Counted from the stretch's first letter, positions 26,411 through 40,612 are shown. The stretch is 64,000 nt of DNA from Octopus bimaculoides (GCF_001194135.2 NC_068982.1:190038720-190102719), one strand, 5' to 3'. Made by a program: numbers and translations. Notes: generated by a model from the sequence alone, not told the origin.

Positions 26411-28024
26411 TCAAAAGTAAAAGGCAAAGCTTTGTTGTGTTAAGTACTGGTTGCTACAAAAGTATTAAAATACATAAATACACTCATAAGGCTTTGGTCG
26501 GCCCGAGGCTATAGTAGAACACACTTGTCCAAGGTGCCACTCAGTGGGACTGAACCTGGAATCATGTGGTTGGTAAGCAAGCTACTTACCACACAGCCAC
26601 TCCATATATATCATCACTGTCGTCATCATTGTTTAACGCCCGCTTTCTATACTGGCATGGGTTGGATGGTTTGACTGGGAACTGACAAGCCAGATGGCTA
26701 CACCAGGCTCCAATCTGATCTGGCAAGGTTTCTACAGCTGGATGCCCTTCCTAATGCCAACCACTCTGAGAGTGTAGTGGGTGCTTTTTATGTGCCACCG
26801 GCACAGGGACCAGTCAGGTGGCACTGGCATCGACCATGCTGTGCATGTGTCTCTTTATGTCCAGTGTTTGTCTCCCACCACCACTTGACAAACATCGTTG
26901 GTTTATTTACATCCCAGTAACTTAGCAGTTCAACAAAAGACACCTATACAATAAGCATCAGACTTAAAAGATACGTACTATGATCAAATTGTGTGACAAA
27001 AATTCTTTAAAGTGGTGCCCCAGTATGGCCACAGTCCAAATGACTGAAACAAACAAAGGAGATGAATAAAAACAAAACAGAAGAGCACTAAAATGGCTGC
27101 AGAAAAGGGAGACAACTGGATAAAGTTAAATAAACTACTGAGATAATAATTGACGAAGTGAGCTCGTAATTTGGGGGTGTTTTGTTTACAGTGTTTTCAC
27201 TGTTTTTGGTGTGTTTTTATTTTATTATTTAAATGGTATTTGTTTTGTTTTTAATTTTGGTCTTGTGAGTATCAGTTGGACATGAACGGTAAACTTTGGA
27301 TTCTCACTAATAGACAGTTTACTTGAGAGCTTGGCAGGAGAAAAAGGGGAGAAGAAAACTCCACTTCACCATATCATTTTCTACATTTCCAAACAAATGT
27401 TGCTAATGATATAGAATTTAGTTCAAACAAAGAACTCACGCTTGCTTCTAGTGTGGGGAGAGGGGTGTGTGTGGGGGGTCTAGGTTCTGCTTTTTTTTTT
27501 AAACTACACTTTTATAAAGATGTGTGCTGTGAGTGTGCATGTGAGAGAGAGAGAGAATAGTTGTGAGTGTGTGTGTGTGTGTGTGTGTATGTGTGGTTGT
27601 GTGTGTGTGGTGGTGTGTGTGTGGGGGGTGGTTTGTGTGGGTGTGGTTGTGCATTTCAGTATGTATGGTCTCATCGTTTACACTTATGTGAATATCTGTG
27701 TACATTCTGCAACTGAGATCTTGTGTGTACCTAAACCAAACAGACCCGCGCACACAGATGCGTAGACACCATAAGTGATCATGCTGCCTTGATCACTGAA
27801 GCCTCTCAGCTATGTAACTCAGTACCAATGGAAGCTTATCAACCCTCTCTCTCTTCCTATCTCTCTCTCTTCTTCTCTCTCTTTCTCTCTCTCTCTTCCT
27901 CCCTCATTAGTGGTATCATGTTATTGCCAATTGTTATGAGAGAGAGACAAAGGACAAAAAAAAAAACAGTAAAATCGATAGTAACACAGAAAAGATGACA
28001 CATATATGTATGTGTGTGTGTGTG

Positions 28025-28082
<58 letters not shown>

Positions 28083-28369
28083 ATCATTTAATGTTCACTT
28101 TTCTATGCTTGCAAGGATGAGATCAAAAATACTGAAGCAGATTGTTATTGATTGGATGCCCTTGCTGTCACTAACCTTCACCCGTTTTCAGGTTAGGCAA
28201 TGTTTCCTCCAGGACCAGACATGTCTTTCATGAAACACTGGTAACAAATAATATTGGTTCTAGGACCCTGACATCTATCACCTGACATCAAAACAAGCAG
28301 ACACTAACACACACATCAACAGGCCATGTGCAACAACAAAAGAGTTAGACCTCAGTTTTGCTGGAAATC

Positions 28370-28760
28370 ATCACCATCATCATCATTTAACATCCGTTGT
28401 CCATGCTAGCATGGGGTGGATGGCTGGATGGTTTGACTGGGCTGCCATGCGAGAAGGCTGCACCAGACTCCAGTCTGATTTGGCATGGTTTTCTACAGCT
28501 AGATGCCCTTCCTAATGCCAACCACTCTGAGAGTGTAATGGGTGTTTTTGCATGCCACCAGCGCAGGTGCCATTTGCATGACACCAGGGTGCTTTTACAT
28601 GTCACTGCCAAGGGTACCAATTTGCATGACAGCAGTGTCTGCCACAACTGCAATTTTGTTGTACTTGATGGGTCTTCTTCTCAAGTACGACATAATGCCA
28701 TGTGTCTTGGTCATTGCCGCCATGAGGCCCAACACTCCAAAGGAACTCAGCCACTTTGAA
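28370..28760 (-). mobile_element. RTE 3'-end copy
   Basis: (CAT)n followed by the conserved tail block, extending into CCATGAGGCCCAAC...AAGGAACT units also seen at 40457-40612. Confidence 0.7.
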
Positions 28761-28852
28761 TGAGTTCCACCTTTGAATGAAAGCATGTATCCCTGCCCTG
28801 TAAAATTCTGTTGACTGGTCTTTGAGCCACTTCTTCACTACCTCCACAATCA

Positions 28853-29170
28853 CCAGATTTAGCGCCTTCAGACTATCATCTCTTCGGCCCCATGAAAGAG
28901 GGTTTGAGAGGCAAACATTATTCCAGTGACGAGGAAGTGAAAACTGTAGTGAAGAAATGGCTGAAAGAACGGTCAACAGAATCTTACGGGGTAGGGATAC
29001 ATGCTCCCATTCGAAGGCGGAACATTTCTATTGAGAGAAACGGTGACTATGTTGAGAATTAGGGATGTGATCCACAAAGGACCAGATTCATTTTGATGGA
29101 TGATACGTGTTCCTGTGTTGGTAATGATACCTGTCCTAAACAAAATGGCATTACTTTTTAACTCACCCTC
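28853..29170 (+). mobile_element. Mariner transposase C-terminus and right end
   Basis: Translates SPDLAPSDYHLFGPMKEGLRGKHYSSDEEVKTVVKKWLK...NGDYVEN*, with the SPDLAPSD motif; ends in TTACTTTTTAACTCACCCTCG. Confidence 0.9.
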
Positions 29171-29849
29171 GGATACATACATACATATATATATATATGT
29201 ATGTGTGTGTGTGTGTATACACACACACACACATANNNNNNNNNNNNNNNNNNNNNNNNNNNNNNNNNNNNNNNNNNNNNNNNNNNNNNNNNNNNNNNNN
29301 NNNNNNNNNNNNNNNNNNNNNNNNNNNNNNNNNNNNNNNATACATACACATACATAGACACACTCATAAGTGAGAGAGATGTTGGTGTGGCATGTTAATA
29401 TATATGCATGAGTTTTCCTTGTGGGTTCAATACCAACCATACATATAAAGCTAACCTTTTATGATCATCCAACGTATTCAGTAATTACGATTAGTAGCAG
29501 TAGTGGCCAGAATCCATTGCCCGCAACAATGACCAATCAATGGCTTAAGTGTCGCAATCAATGCATTCTTTTAAAATATGCTAAATGGATTATCATATTC
29601 CATTTCGACGACGATGATGATGATGATGATGATGATTATGCACACTCTCATGACATTATACACACTCCCTGGCCACCTCTTCTGCCTCCCCACCTCATTC
29701 CTTCCTCTTCTCCACCCCCACCCTATCAGTCATGCAATCATTTGCACATTTGCATGCAAGGCATGCACTCTCTCCTCGATCAGCTTGCGGCCAACATCTT
29801 ACAATGCTGCCACTGTGCCTTGCAATCGTCACACACAGCTCCATTCATG

Positions 29850-29922
<73 letters not shown>

Positions 29923-30219
29923 TGGCACAATGCCACACATACACATAGCTACATGCACAGGCATACAATAGCACCTACAGTGACTGGAAAGCGTTCCATG
30001 TGGGGGATGAAGAAAAACAAAAAACCAAGCATGGTGTTGCCATTATGTTATTGCCTCACTCTTACACACAGGCATGTGCGGGGTGGAGGTGCACCGACAG
30101 GCATGCAGACCTGTGTGTGGGTGTATCTATAGACATATATGAGTGTGTGTATGTGTGTGTATGTGAGGGAATGTTTCAGTCACTATGCACATATGCATTC
30201 ACACATTTAAGTGTGTATG

Positions 30220-30254
<35 letters not shown>

Positions 30255-30314
30255 GTACACACATATTCATACACACAGACACACGTCCATACATATGTGT
30301 AAGTGTATATATGA

Positions 30315-30353
<39 letters not shown>

Positions 30354-30689
30354 CACTGTGGTTGTGTCCCAATCACTTCATCTGATATATTTATTAAAAC
30401 CTTTCGACAAAACCCAGAAAGAAAATAGCAAAATATTGGTAATAGTGGTTATTGTTGTTGTTGGTGGTGGTGGTGGTCAATTGGTCCGGGTGGTGGTGGT
30501 GGTGGTGGTGGTGGTTATGACGGAAGATGCTATAATAATTGTTGAAGATAATGGTTATTGTGGTNNNNNNNNNNNNNNNNNNNNNNNNNNNNNNNNNNNN
30601 NNNNNNNNNNNNNNNNNNNNNNNNNNNNNNNNNNNNNNNNNNNNNNNNNNNNNNNNNNNNNNNNNNNNNGCACAAAGATTTTAAAAAGT

Positions 30690-31170
30690 TTTGATATAAG
30701 CAATGCTTGTTTCTTTTGGGTTTTTTTCCCCCCATTTGAAAAAGAGCCAAGATTGACATGAGCCTGTAGGCTGATGCTCAAAGAGGTTGGCCATTAATGG
30801 GATAAGTGCAGAGTATGAGGTGCTTGGATAACATTTAGGAGTGAAAGATGAATGAAGAATGGTACCATCTGTACAAGAGTTGACATTGTTTGGTGTGGCA
30901 ATAAGTAGGTCATTGATGTAAAGAAGGAGAGATGGAGAGAAGACTAAACTCTGGGGTACACCAAAATGGATGGAATGAAAGACGGAAAAGGGGTCCATAT
31001 GTACAAGCTGTGTTTTTTTGGTCTGATAGGAAGCTGGTGCTTCTAGTGATGAGAGGTGGATGGAGGCCAGGGATGGAGAGTTTTGATGGGAGATTCAAAT
31101 ATGTGACACAGAAGAGAACTCTAGTGACATGAAGGACAAAAACCTTGCTTTCACTAAATGGGTGAAAAAC
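30690..31170 (-). mobile_element. Degenerate non-LTR reverse transcriptase fragment (CR1/Jockey/I-like)
   Basis: GVPQSLVFSP.LLLYINDLL resembles the RT motif GVPQGSVLSP.LF.LYINDL; upstream SFLSDQ resembles SFLSDR. Confidence 0.7.
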
Positions 31171-31256
31171 CACTGGTGAGTCATATGCGAGGGTGAGTCA
31201 CATGGGAGGGTGAGTCTTCTGTAGAAATGGCTTCATAGAAGCCTTACTGATGATAA

Positions 31257-31480
31257 TTAAGCCTTTAGCATTTAAACTGGCCATATCCAGCCAAAAAATT
31301 CTGCTTTATGTCCAAATTGATCAGATCTGGTCTCTCACACCTACCTCACAGTGTCATTCAAAATAGAAACAATTCCATCATTGAAGTCTTTTAATTGAGA
31401 AATAATGCCAGATTAATTGAAAACAATGTGAATTAATAAGCATTAGATTAGACAGAGTAATCTGAAAGCTTAAGGGTTCA
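31257..31480. mobile_element. piggyBac-type MITE, second family
   Basis: TTAA-GCCTTTAGCATTTAAAC ... GCTTAAGGG-TT; a matching right end GTTTAAATGCTAAAGGGTTAA occurs at ~34877-34897. Confidence 0.6.
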
Positions 31481-32168
31481 GAGCTTCAAACAAGATAGAG
31501 AAGATTTGAGATTTGGAAGAGCATAAAATATGATGGTTGGCAAGATTGCAGGGATCACCATTCTTGGGAATGGGACACACTGTAGCATGTTGCCAAAGAT
31601 CAGAGCCCTTGTAGAAGGGGAATTTGGAAGAGTTTGTTGAGTCTAAGGGCTGTCAATGGACTTTATATTTAGCTGCATTCTGGAGCCTAGGGAAAGTTCC
31701 CTACGGAATGAATGCAAACTCCTAAAGTGTGCATATGAGAGAAAGAAAGAGAAGGGGAGGGAGAAACAGGTGCAAGTGTAGTTGTGTGTTTAAGAGATTT
31801 GTTTCCCAACCACATGGTTCCAGGTTCAGTCCCACAGAACAGCATCTTGGGCAAATGTCTTCTACTACAGCTCCAGGCCAACTGCTTTCAACATCATCAT
31901 CATCATTTAGCGTCCATTGTCCATACTGGCATGGGTTGGATGGTTTGACCAGGGCTGGTAAGTTGAGGGGCTGCACCAGACTCCAGTCTGTCTTGGCATG
32001 GTTTCTACAGCTGGATGCCCTTCCTAATGCCAACCACTCTGAGAGTGTAATAGGTGCCTTCACGTGCCACCAGCATGGGTGCCATTTGCACGACACCAGT
32101 ATCTGCCATGACTGCAATTTCACTTGCCTTGTGAATGGATTTGGTAGACAGAAACTGAAAGAAGCCTG

Positions 32169-32207
<39 letters not shown>

Positions 32208-32944
32208 CCTTGTCATGACATCACATGACTGTCATAAATGAATGTTATTTCTTCCTGATATTCTGTCAAAACATGTCTGGCCATGGAGAAATGTTCTCTT
32301 GCTTGGAAACAGGAAAGGGTTGATGACAGGAAAAGCATCCTGATGTAGAAAATCTGCCTCAATAAACTCTTTCAGACCAATGCAAGCATGGGAAAGTGGA
32401 GGTTAAGAATGGAGGAGAAATCAAAGAAAGACAGAGCCAAGATGTAGAAAATGGAAACAAAAAATAGTAAGAAAAAAAAAATTAAGCGGGGAGAAGGAAA
32501 CATCATAAAGAAAAAAAGTAAAAATACAATAAGAAATATGTTTTACATTTTGTTTTATAGTTTTATTTTATGTTTCTTGGGAAAAAAAAAGTTTTACATC
32601 CATTTGAGTGAAATGAGTTCAGTGACCTTTGCAAGGATTCACTGAAGAAATAAGGGAGAATTTAGTGACCTTTGTAGTTTGGTGGTGAGAGAGAGAGAGA
32701 CAGACAGACAGAGCTGTTGTGGGGTATGATAGTAGAAAAAATCTGACAATGCAAAACCTTATTGTATTGCTGCAAATATTCACCCAGAGGCCAGCTAAAC
32801 TGGGTTCTAATAGCTTCTCTCCAAATACCCCACCCACAACCACTAAATTTGATGGCATCTAAGACATTCGCCATGTATGTATTGCCAACATCTAACATGC
32901 CAGAAAAGGAGGCGGACATTAAAAGACACACACACATACATATA

Positions 32945-33265
32945 CGGTTGCATGTAAAAAGCACCATTCAAGCATGGTCAATGCCAGTGCCGCCTGACTG
33001 GCACCTGTGCCAGTGGCACGTAAAAAGCTCCATTTGAGTATGACTGATGCCAGTGCCACCTGACTGGCTCTCATGCTGGTGGCATGTAAAAAGCATCTAC
33101 TACACTCTCGGAGTGGTTGGCATTAGGAAGGGCATCCAGCTGTAGAAACACTGCCAGATCAGATTGGAGCCTGGTGCAGCCTCCTGGCTTGCCAGTCCCC
33201 AGTCAAATCATCCAATCCATGCTAGCATGGAAAGCGGACGTTAAACGACAATGATGATGATGATT
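32945..33265 (+). mobile_element. RTE 3'-end copy with internal tandem subrepeats
   Basis: Conserved tail block ending AAGCGGACGTTAAACGAC(AATG)ATGATG. Confidence 0.8.
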
Positions 33266-33730
33266 ACATACACACATACACATGCATATGTAGGTATGCG
33301 TGTACATGTGATGCACATGTGTCTGCTTCTGCACATATGATGTACACGTATATATTTGTTACTCAATGCAGACATACACACACACATGTATGTGTCTGTA
33401 TTCAAATACAGAAATTTTGACCCACACCAACCCGCCCACCCATATACACCCGTTCTGTCACTTATCTTAAACATACCCCAATGCACACATGAGCAAATGA
33501 AGGAGCCTGTCGGTTATCACTCAACCTGCAAGAAACAGCAGCCACATCTCCCTCAAAACCCATCCCGCTGTCTTTAAGATGAGGCAAAATATTTACAGTC
33601 TAGGAATCTTTTAAACCAACAGGGTGGTCATGGTGAGAGTGTTTTAATGATTGGTCTGCTGAGTCTGGAGAGGTCTGAGGATGATGATTAACACATCACA
33701 CACACACACACACACACACGCACACACACG

Positions 33731-33761
<31 letters not shown>

Positions 33762-34230
33762 ACGCACACACACAGGGTTAGATGGAGACATTCCATACAA
33801 AACACATACAGAAACACATATACACTCATATATCATACCCACACATACACAAACACACACAAAAACATATTCCACCCATACATCTTACCAACACAAATGA
33901 ACACACATACATCAACACACACACATACACCCTAACCCTAACCCACACATATATACCCCATATAAACCCACACCAATTCCACCAGTAAAAGAGGATTAAG
34001 ATGTCGAAGTGGTGTCAACTAAGCTTGTTTCTACCCTGGCAAGCATGAACTGGACACTAATTAGTTAACGAATGAGTTTGAGGTAATTACATGTCTACAT
34101 TAGTGATGAGTTATTGCTTCAGCAGTACGCGGGTGTGTGTGTACATACACACACTAATGTGAACACATCTTGAAGACAGCATATTTAGCACTGACATTGG
34201 TTTTGTATATGAAGATTAATTAGTGCATAT

Positions 34231-34270
<40 letters not shown>

Positions 34271-34981
34271 GTGTGTGTGTGCGTGTGTGTGCTTGTGTGT
34301 GTGTGTGAAACGCCATGATCATTTCTAATGTCCTTCTTCCATTCCGACTAGATTTTGACAGTTTGGCAGGATCCAACAAGTCTGNNNNNNNNNNNNNNNN
34401 NNNNNNNNNNNNNNNNNNNNNNNNNNNNNNNNNNNNNNNNNNNNNNNNNNNNNNNNNNNNNNNNNNNNNNNNNNNNNNNNNNNNNNNNNNNNNNNNNNNN
34501 NNNNNNNNNNNNNNNNNNNNNNNNNNNNNNNNNNNNNNNNNNNNNNNNNNNNNNNNNNNNNNNNNNNNNNNNNNNCACCACCAGGCACAAGGCCACCTCT
34601 TCCAATGCCCCAACTTTCAAAGGACCTTTGTCTTGGGAGTTATTTGGTGACCCTGTCGGTGCTGGTGTCACATAAAAAGCATCCAGTCCACACTGTAAAG
34701 TGGTTGGCATCTGGAAGGGCATCCAGCGGTAAAAAACATGTGAAAACAGACCTCACTAGTGTAAGTTCCACATAAAAAGCACACAATCCACTCTGTAATG
34801 TGGTTGGTGTTAGGAAGGGCACCCAGCCGTAAAAACCCTGCCAAAACACACAGTGAAACCTGGTGCAGATCTGGTCTGTTTAAATGCTAAAGGGTTAAAT
34901 GATTGTGGTGATGAGGAGGATTTCTTCACATGAGTAACATTTGTATTACTTGAAGTGAATGAATTTAAATTATGGTGTATG

Positions 34982-35322
34982 ATACAAATATTCTATAATT
35001 ATAAACATAATTACAATTAGGGGTCAGCTATTTGCTTCACCATGCACCTAATTTAGAAATAGGAGTTAAAATGCCTTTTCTGTTACCATAGAGATCTCCC
35101 AATATTACCTTACTTTAATCCTGAAACACATATGTAGCTGATCCGAGTCGTGTGGATTCATTATTTTTTCTTTTTGCCTATGTAAAAAAGTGTGTTACTG
35201 TCTGGGAGATTTTTATGGTAGCAGAAAAAGCATTTTAACTCCTATTTCTAAATTTGGTGTGTGGTGAAGCAATTAGCTGACCCCTAATTATAATTATGTT
35301 TATAATTATAGAATATTTGTAT
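34982..35322. mobile_element. MITE-like fold-back element with ~120-bp inverted arms
   Basis: 34982-35101 is the reverse complement of 35203-35322 with scattered mismatches; ~100-bp spacer. Confidence 0.8.
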
Positions 35323-36467
35323 AATTTTACCTAACAAAGGTTATTTTAACGTACCAATCTACTTGGTAAAATTATTAATTAATTAATTAATTTTACCCTT
35401 TTATTATTAATTATGGTGTATGATATATATGAATGATAAATTATTATTTTGTAATTTCAGCTTTTATTTAACATTTTCATACTGCAAGGTACATTGATAT
35501 TTCATAAATTTAAGGAACAGTCATCAGAGAACAGAATATAAAAAAAAAAGTCCAAAATTCTGTTTTAAGCTGCTAAAAACCAATGTTCAATTCGATATCA
35601 ACCCAACTCAATGTATCTGTTGGTGCTGTCCTCGAAGAATTCTCTTGATTTCCCCAAACAAATGAATTACAAATCATCAGACAGACATTGTACCAGAACT
35701 CTTTGACTGATTCTTTGTCTTCTGTGTAGCACTTTCACTTTTATCATGTAGTGCCAAACAGTCACGGTTGCCAATAATGATAGTGGTAAGGAACTCTCAA
35801 GAGAGCTGAACAGCAGAAGGTCTTCAGAGTAGAGCCCACCACCCCACTGGCAAATGTTTTGACCTTTGTTTTACTCTAAAGGGGCTGAGCCTCATCCAGG
35901 TTGTGACTCCTGAGTGCCCTTCTGCAGACACTTTTTAGCAACTTGGATATTGGAAACTCGTGCCTTTAAACCACTTGGAGTTTCCATCTAGTTGGAACTC
36001 CATACAAACACAGTTGCCAATAAATGGTAAGATGTAGAACCGAAACGATAAGATGTCAACTGGGAGAAACCTTCAATCTGGTTGCAAAATGTCTGGCAAA
36101 ATCACTCAACCCTATGTTGGAAAAACATTCAGCGATATCTACAATTTTCACAGGGGTCACAACAATGGAGCTAAGAAAAACTGGTTTAATTCAACCCTTT
36201 TGATACCAACCCACCCGAGACCACCCCTGCTGATATGATATAAATTTCAGGTTTTAAAGAGATCAAAATTGAAACCTTCCATCAAAATTTCTTGTTTGGC
36301 GTAAGAGTGACTGTGTGGTAAGTAGCTTACTTACCAACCACATGGTTCCGGGTTCAGTCCCACTGCATGGCAGTGTCTTCTACTATAGTGTCTTCTATTA
36401 TAGCCTCAGGCCGATCAAAGCCTTGTGAGTGGATTTGGTAGACGGAAATTGAAAGAAGCCCGTCGTA

Positions 36468-36512
<45 letters not shown>

Positions 36513-37511
36513 NNNNNNNNNNNNNNNNNNNNNNNNNNNNNNNNNNNNNNNNNNNNNNNNNNNNNNNNNNNNNNNNNNNNNNNNNNNNNNNNNNNNNNNN
36601 NNNNNNNNNNNNNNNNNNNNNNNNNNNNNNNNNNNNNNNNNNNNNNNNNNNNNNNNNNNNNNNNNNNNNNNNNNNNNNNNNNNNNNNNNNNNNNNNNNNN
36701 NNNNNNNNNNNNNNNNNNNNNNNNNNNNNNNNNNNNNNNNNNNNNNNNNNNNNNNNNNNNNNNNNNNNNNNNNNNNNNNNNNNNNNNNNNNNNNNNNNNN
36801 NNNNNNNNNNNNNNNNNNNNNNNNNNNNNNNNNNNNNNNNNNNNNNNNNNNNNNNNNNNNNNNNNNNNNNNNNNNNNNNNNNNNNNNNNNNNNNNNNNNN
36901 NNNNNNNNNNNNNNNNNNNNNNNNNNNNNNNNNNNNNNNNNNNNNNNNNNNNNNNNNNNNNNNNNNNNNNNNNNNNNNNNNNNNNNNNNNNNNNNNNNNN
37001 NNNNNNNNNNNNNNNNNNNNNNNNNNNNNNNNNNNNNNNNNNNNNNNNNNNNNNNNNNNNNNNNNNNNNNNNNNNNNNNNNNNNNNNNNNNNNNNNNNNN
37101 NNNNNNNNNNNNNNNNNNNNNNNNNNNNNNNNNNNNNNNNNNNNNNNNNNNNNNNNNNNNNNNNNNNNNNNNNNNNNNNNNNNNNNNNNNNNNNNNNNNN
37201 NNNNNNNNNNNNNNNNNNNNNNNNNNNNNNNNNNNNNNNNNNNNNNNNNNNNNNNNNNNNNNNNNNNNNNNNNNNNNNNNNNNNNNNNNNNNNNNNNNNN
37301 NNNNNNNNNNNNNNNNNNNNNNNNNNNNNNNNNNNNNNNNNNNNNNNNNNNNNNNNNNNNNNNNNNNNNNNNNNNNNNNNNNNNNNNNNNNNNNNNNNNN
37401 NNNNNNNNNNNNNNNNNNNNNNNNNNNNNNNNNNNNNNNNNNNNNNNNNNNNNNNNNNNNNNNNNNNNNNNNNNNNNNNNNNNNNNNNNNNNNNNNNNNN
37501 NNNNNNNNNNN
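36513..37511. other. Largest assembly gap (999 N)
   Basis: Other N-runs: 946-1607, 5499-5915, 7288-7297, 18335-19120, 20120-20618, 22705-22816, 23959-24039, 29236-29339, 30565-30669, 34385-34575, 46054-46281, 52935-53053, 57283-57598. Confidence 1.
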
Positions 37512-37960
37512 GGGGAGGGTGCAGTGGTAATAGTATCAGTGATGGTTGCAGTGTTATCAGTGATGATGATAATGATGATGGTGATGATGCTGGGGGGGTG
37601 GGGTGATGGCGAAAGTCGTTGTGGTGATGCTGGTGATGCTGGTGGTGAGTAATGAATTTTTGCAAAAACAGAACTTCATCTCGGTGCAGAGCCAATGTGA
37701 AATGAGTATAGCTTAGAAGCAACACAGAAGGAAGTTGGAAAATGGTGAAATAAATTCCAGAAAATAAGGGGGAGGGAGAGAGAGAGAGAGATAGAGAGAA
37801 GGGGGTAGTGGGAGTAAGCAGAATGAGAGCGAATGAATGGAAGAGATGTTTGTCTCAAGAAAATCTCTCCATAACGAGGGTCTCTATTTTCAAACAACCT
37901 CTTCTCTCAAACATACATCAAGGTTCTTTGTGTATGTGTGTGTGTGTGTCTCTCTCTCTC

Positions 37961-39050
37961 ATCATCATCATAGTTTAACGTCCGCTTTCCATGCTGGCAT
38001 GGGTTAGACGGTTTGACTGAGGGCTGGCAAGCCAGAAGGCTACACCAGGCTCCAATCTGATCTGGCAAAGTTTCTACAGCTGGATGCCCTTCCTAACGCC
38101 AACCACTTTACAGAGTGTAGTGAGTGCTTTTACGTGCCACCGGCACGGGTGCCAGTCAGGCAGCACTGACATTGGCCATGCTTGAATGGTGCTTTTTATG
38201 TGCCACTGGCACGGGTGCCAGTCAGGAGGCGCTGGTATCAGCTATGATTATGATTCCACTTGATTCAACAGGTCTTCTCAAGCACAGCTTATTGACCAAC
38301 AATTGAAGGTACTTTTAAACGGGCCAGTTACATGACACTGGCATTGGCCACAGCTACAATCTCACTTGGCTTGCCGGGTCTTCTCAAGCACAGCATATCT
38401 CCAAAGGTCTCAGTTATTTGTCACTGCCTCTGTGAGGCCTAGCATTCAAAGGTCATGCTTCACCACCTCATCTCATGTCTTCCTGGGTCTACCTCTTCCA
38501 CAGGTTCCCTCCACTGTTAGGGTGTGACACTTAGCTCATCCATATGCATCATCTGACCATACCAGCACAGTTATCCCTCCTGCACACCACATTTGATGCT
38601 TCTGATGCCCAACTTTTCTCTCAGAGCGCTTACACTCTGTTGTGCATGCACACTGACATTACACATCCAGCAAAGCATACTGGCTTCATTTCTTTCAAGC
38701 CTACACAAGTCCTCAGCAGTCACAGCCCATGTTGCACTGCTGTGCAGCATGGCTGTTCGCACACATGCATCATACAATCTATCTTTCACTCTAAGAGGCT
38801 CTTTGTTACCAGCAGAGATAGGAGCTCTCTGAACTTTGCCCAGGCTATTCTTATTCTAGCCACTACACTCTCAGAGCATCCACCCTAACTACTGACTTGG
38901 TCACCTAGGTAATGGAAGCTATCAACTACTTCTATTTTTCCCCCTGGTATGTGATGGAATCTATTTTCTATACATCTTCAGTGTTTATTGCTTCTGTGCA
39001 TCTGCCACACACAAAAACTATTTTCCCAGTTAACAACCTTCCTTTGATCT
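37961..39050 (-). mobile_element. 5'-truncated RTE-clade LINE (second long copy)
   Basis: Same ORF2 C-terminus (GEKIEVVDSF, RLYDACVRT, LERNEASML.WMCNV) followed by 3' UTR and (GAT)n tail; co-linear with 13515-14455. Confidence 0.9.
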
Positions 39051-40169
39051 CACCAAAACAAAAATTCCATTTGGAATGTGTTCTGTTAAAAATTGTGAAT
39101 AAAACACTACAGGAGCCTGGCTGGCCCCTATCAGGCTGTGCTAGTAATTGTCAAGACCTCAGGTGTTCTCAGCTCTCACATTGATGGTTTACTCTTCAAA
39201 TTTGGGATAACTATGGCTGAGAAATGAGCCTCACAAGATGGGAGGGGGGGGGGGCTGTTGCAGCAAGTGTTGCTGGCCATTCTCTGCAGCAACACCTTTG
39301 CAATCATGTTTGTGAGGTACAGCTACACATACCATTTGATCTGGGGTATATAATCCTTTACTCCACCTCCCCCAGCATCCACTGCTTAATTCCTCTCCAC
39401 CATATAATCCTTATGGTTTTACAGTATAGACATAAATATATTTAAACACTGACAGACTTCCATAACTAAAATCTACAACCATTTCCAGAGTTCTTTCTTA
39501 AAGAAACCAAATCAAAATTTCCAGAATATAAATGAGTGTGAACAAACAAAGATCGGTGAAAAACCTGTTTATGCTTTGATTTGTGAATGGGGGAGGAACA
39601 CAATGATGAGTTTTTACTGCATTTTAGACTTGAAGAAGAAATATACTTGAAAGCTTTTGTTACAGTTCTGATATTTCTGATGTCTAACGATGGATATTAA
39701 TGTGCAGGAGTTTGTTTTCAAATGTAATTCTGAAGAATTGAAGCTGCAAATATACCTTATCTTGGTTTACTCGTTTTGCCCCGTCTGAATTTGTCTTTTA
39801 TATGCTCAAAGAGGATGGAGATAATTTTCAGATAATGTTACACTGTTTTTAATGCATTTAGAGAAGATCTTTTGCTTTGCTGTTATAGTTTTTGTAAATT
39901 AGTGAACATTTGTAAAAAATACATTTCTTCTCAAAGTCAAAAGTGTAGTAAAAACTTCTCGTGGAAAAAAGACCCAAAATGAGGTGAAAGGAAGTGTTTT
40001 GCTCAAGAGAACAACCTGTCGCCCGGTCCACAAGAAGAAACCACAATCTTATGATCAGGAGTCCAACACCCTAACCACTGAGCCACGTGCCTCCACATAG
40101 TTTTACAGATACTTCTTGCACATTAACTTGTAAGACATTAGAGAAACAAACTGAGCTGTTTCTTGCTAT

Positions 40170-40612
40170 AAACACATCATTATCATTTAACGTCCGTAGT
40201 CCATGCTGGCATGGGTTGGACAGTTTGACCACAGCTGACCAGCTGGAAGGCTGCACCAGCCTCCAGTCTGATTTGGCATGGTTTTCTACAGCTGGATGTC
40301 CTTCCTAATGCCAACCACTCCAAGAGTGTAATGGGTGCTTTTATGTGCCACTGGAACAGGTGCCATTTGCATGACACTGGTATCTGCCATGCCTGCCAGT
40401 TCACTTGGCTTGATGGGTCTTCTTCTCAAGCAAGACATACCAAAGGTCTCAGTCATTGCCTCCATGAGGCTCAACGCTTGAAAGGAACTTGGTGGCCATT
40501 TTGCCTCCATGAGGCCCAATGCTCGAAAGAGACTCAGTCGCTTTGCCTCTGTAAGGCTCAACGCTCAAAGGGAACTCAGCCACTTTGCCTCCATGAGGTC
40601 CAACGTCTAAAG
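40170..40612 (-). mobile_element. RTE 3'-end copy with four ~41-45-bp tandem units (GCCTCCATGAGG...AAGGAACT)
   Basis: Units visible at ~40457-40612. Confidence 0.7.

Noticed and set aside
33930-33944. CCCTAACCCTAACCC telomere-like motif (also GGGTTAGGGTTAG near 63560)
   Set aside because: Only two to three units; expected by chance in low-complexity DNA.
35520-36190. Unique tract examined as the site of HLCS exon 10
   Set aside because: No HLCS C-terminal motif was apparent on the minus strand.
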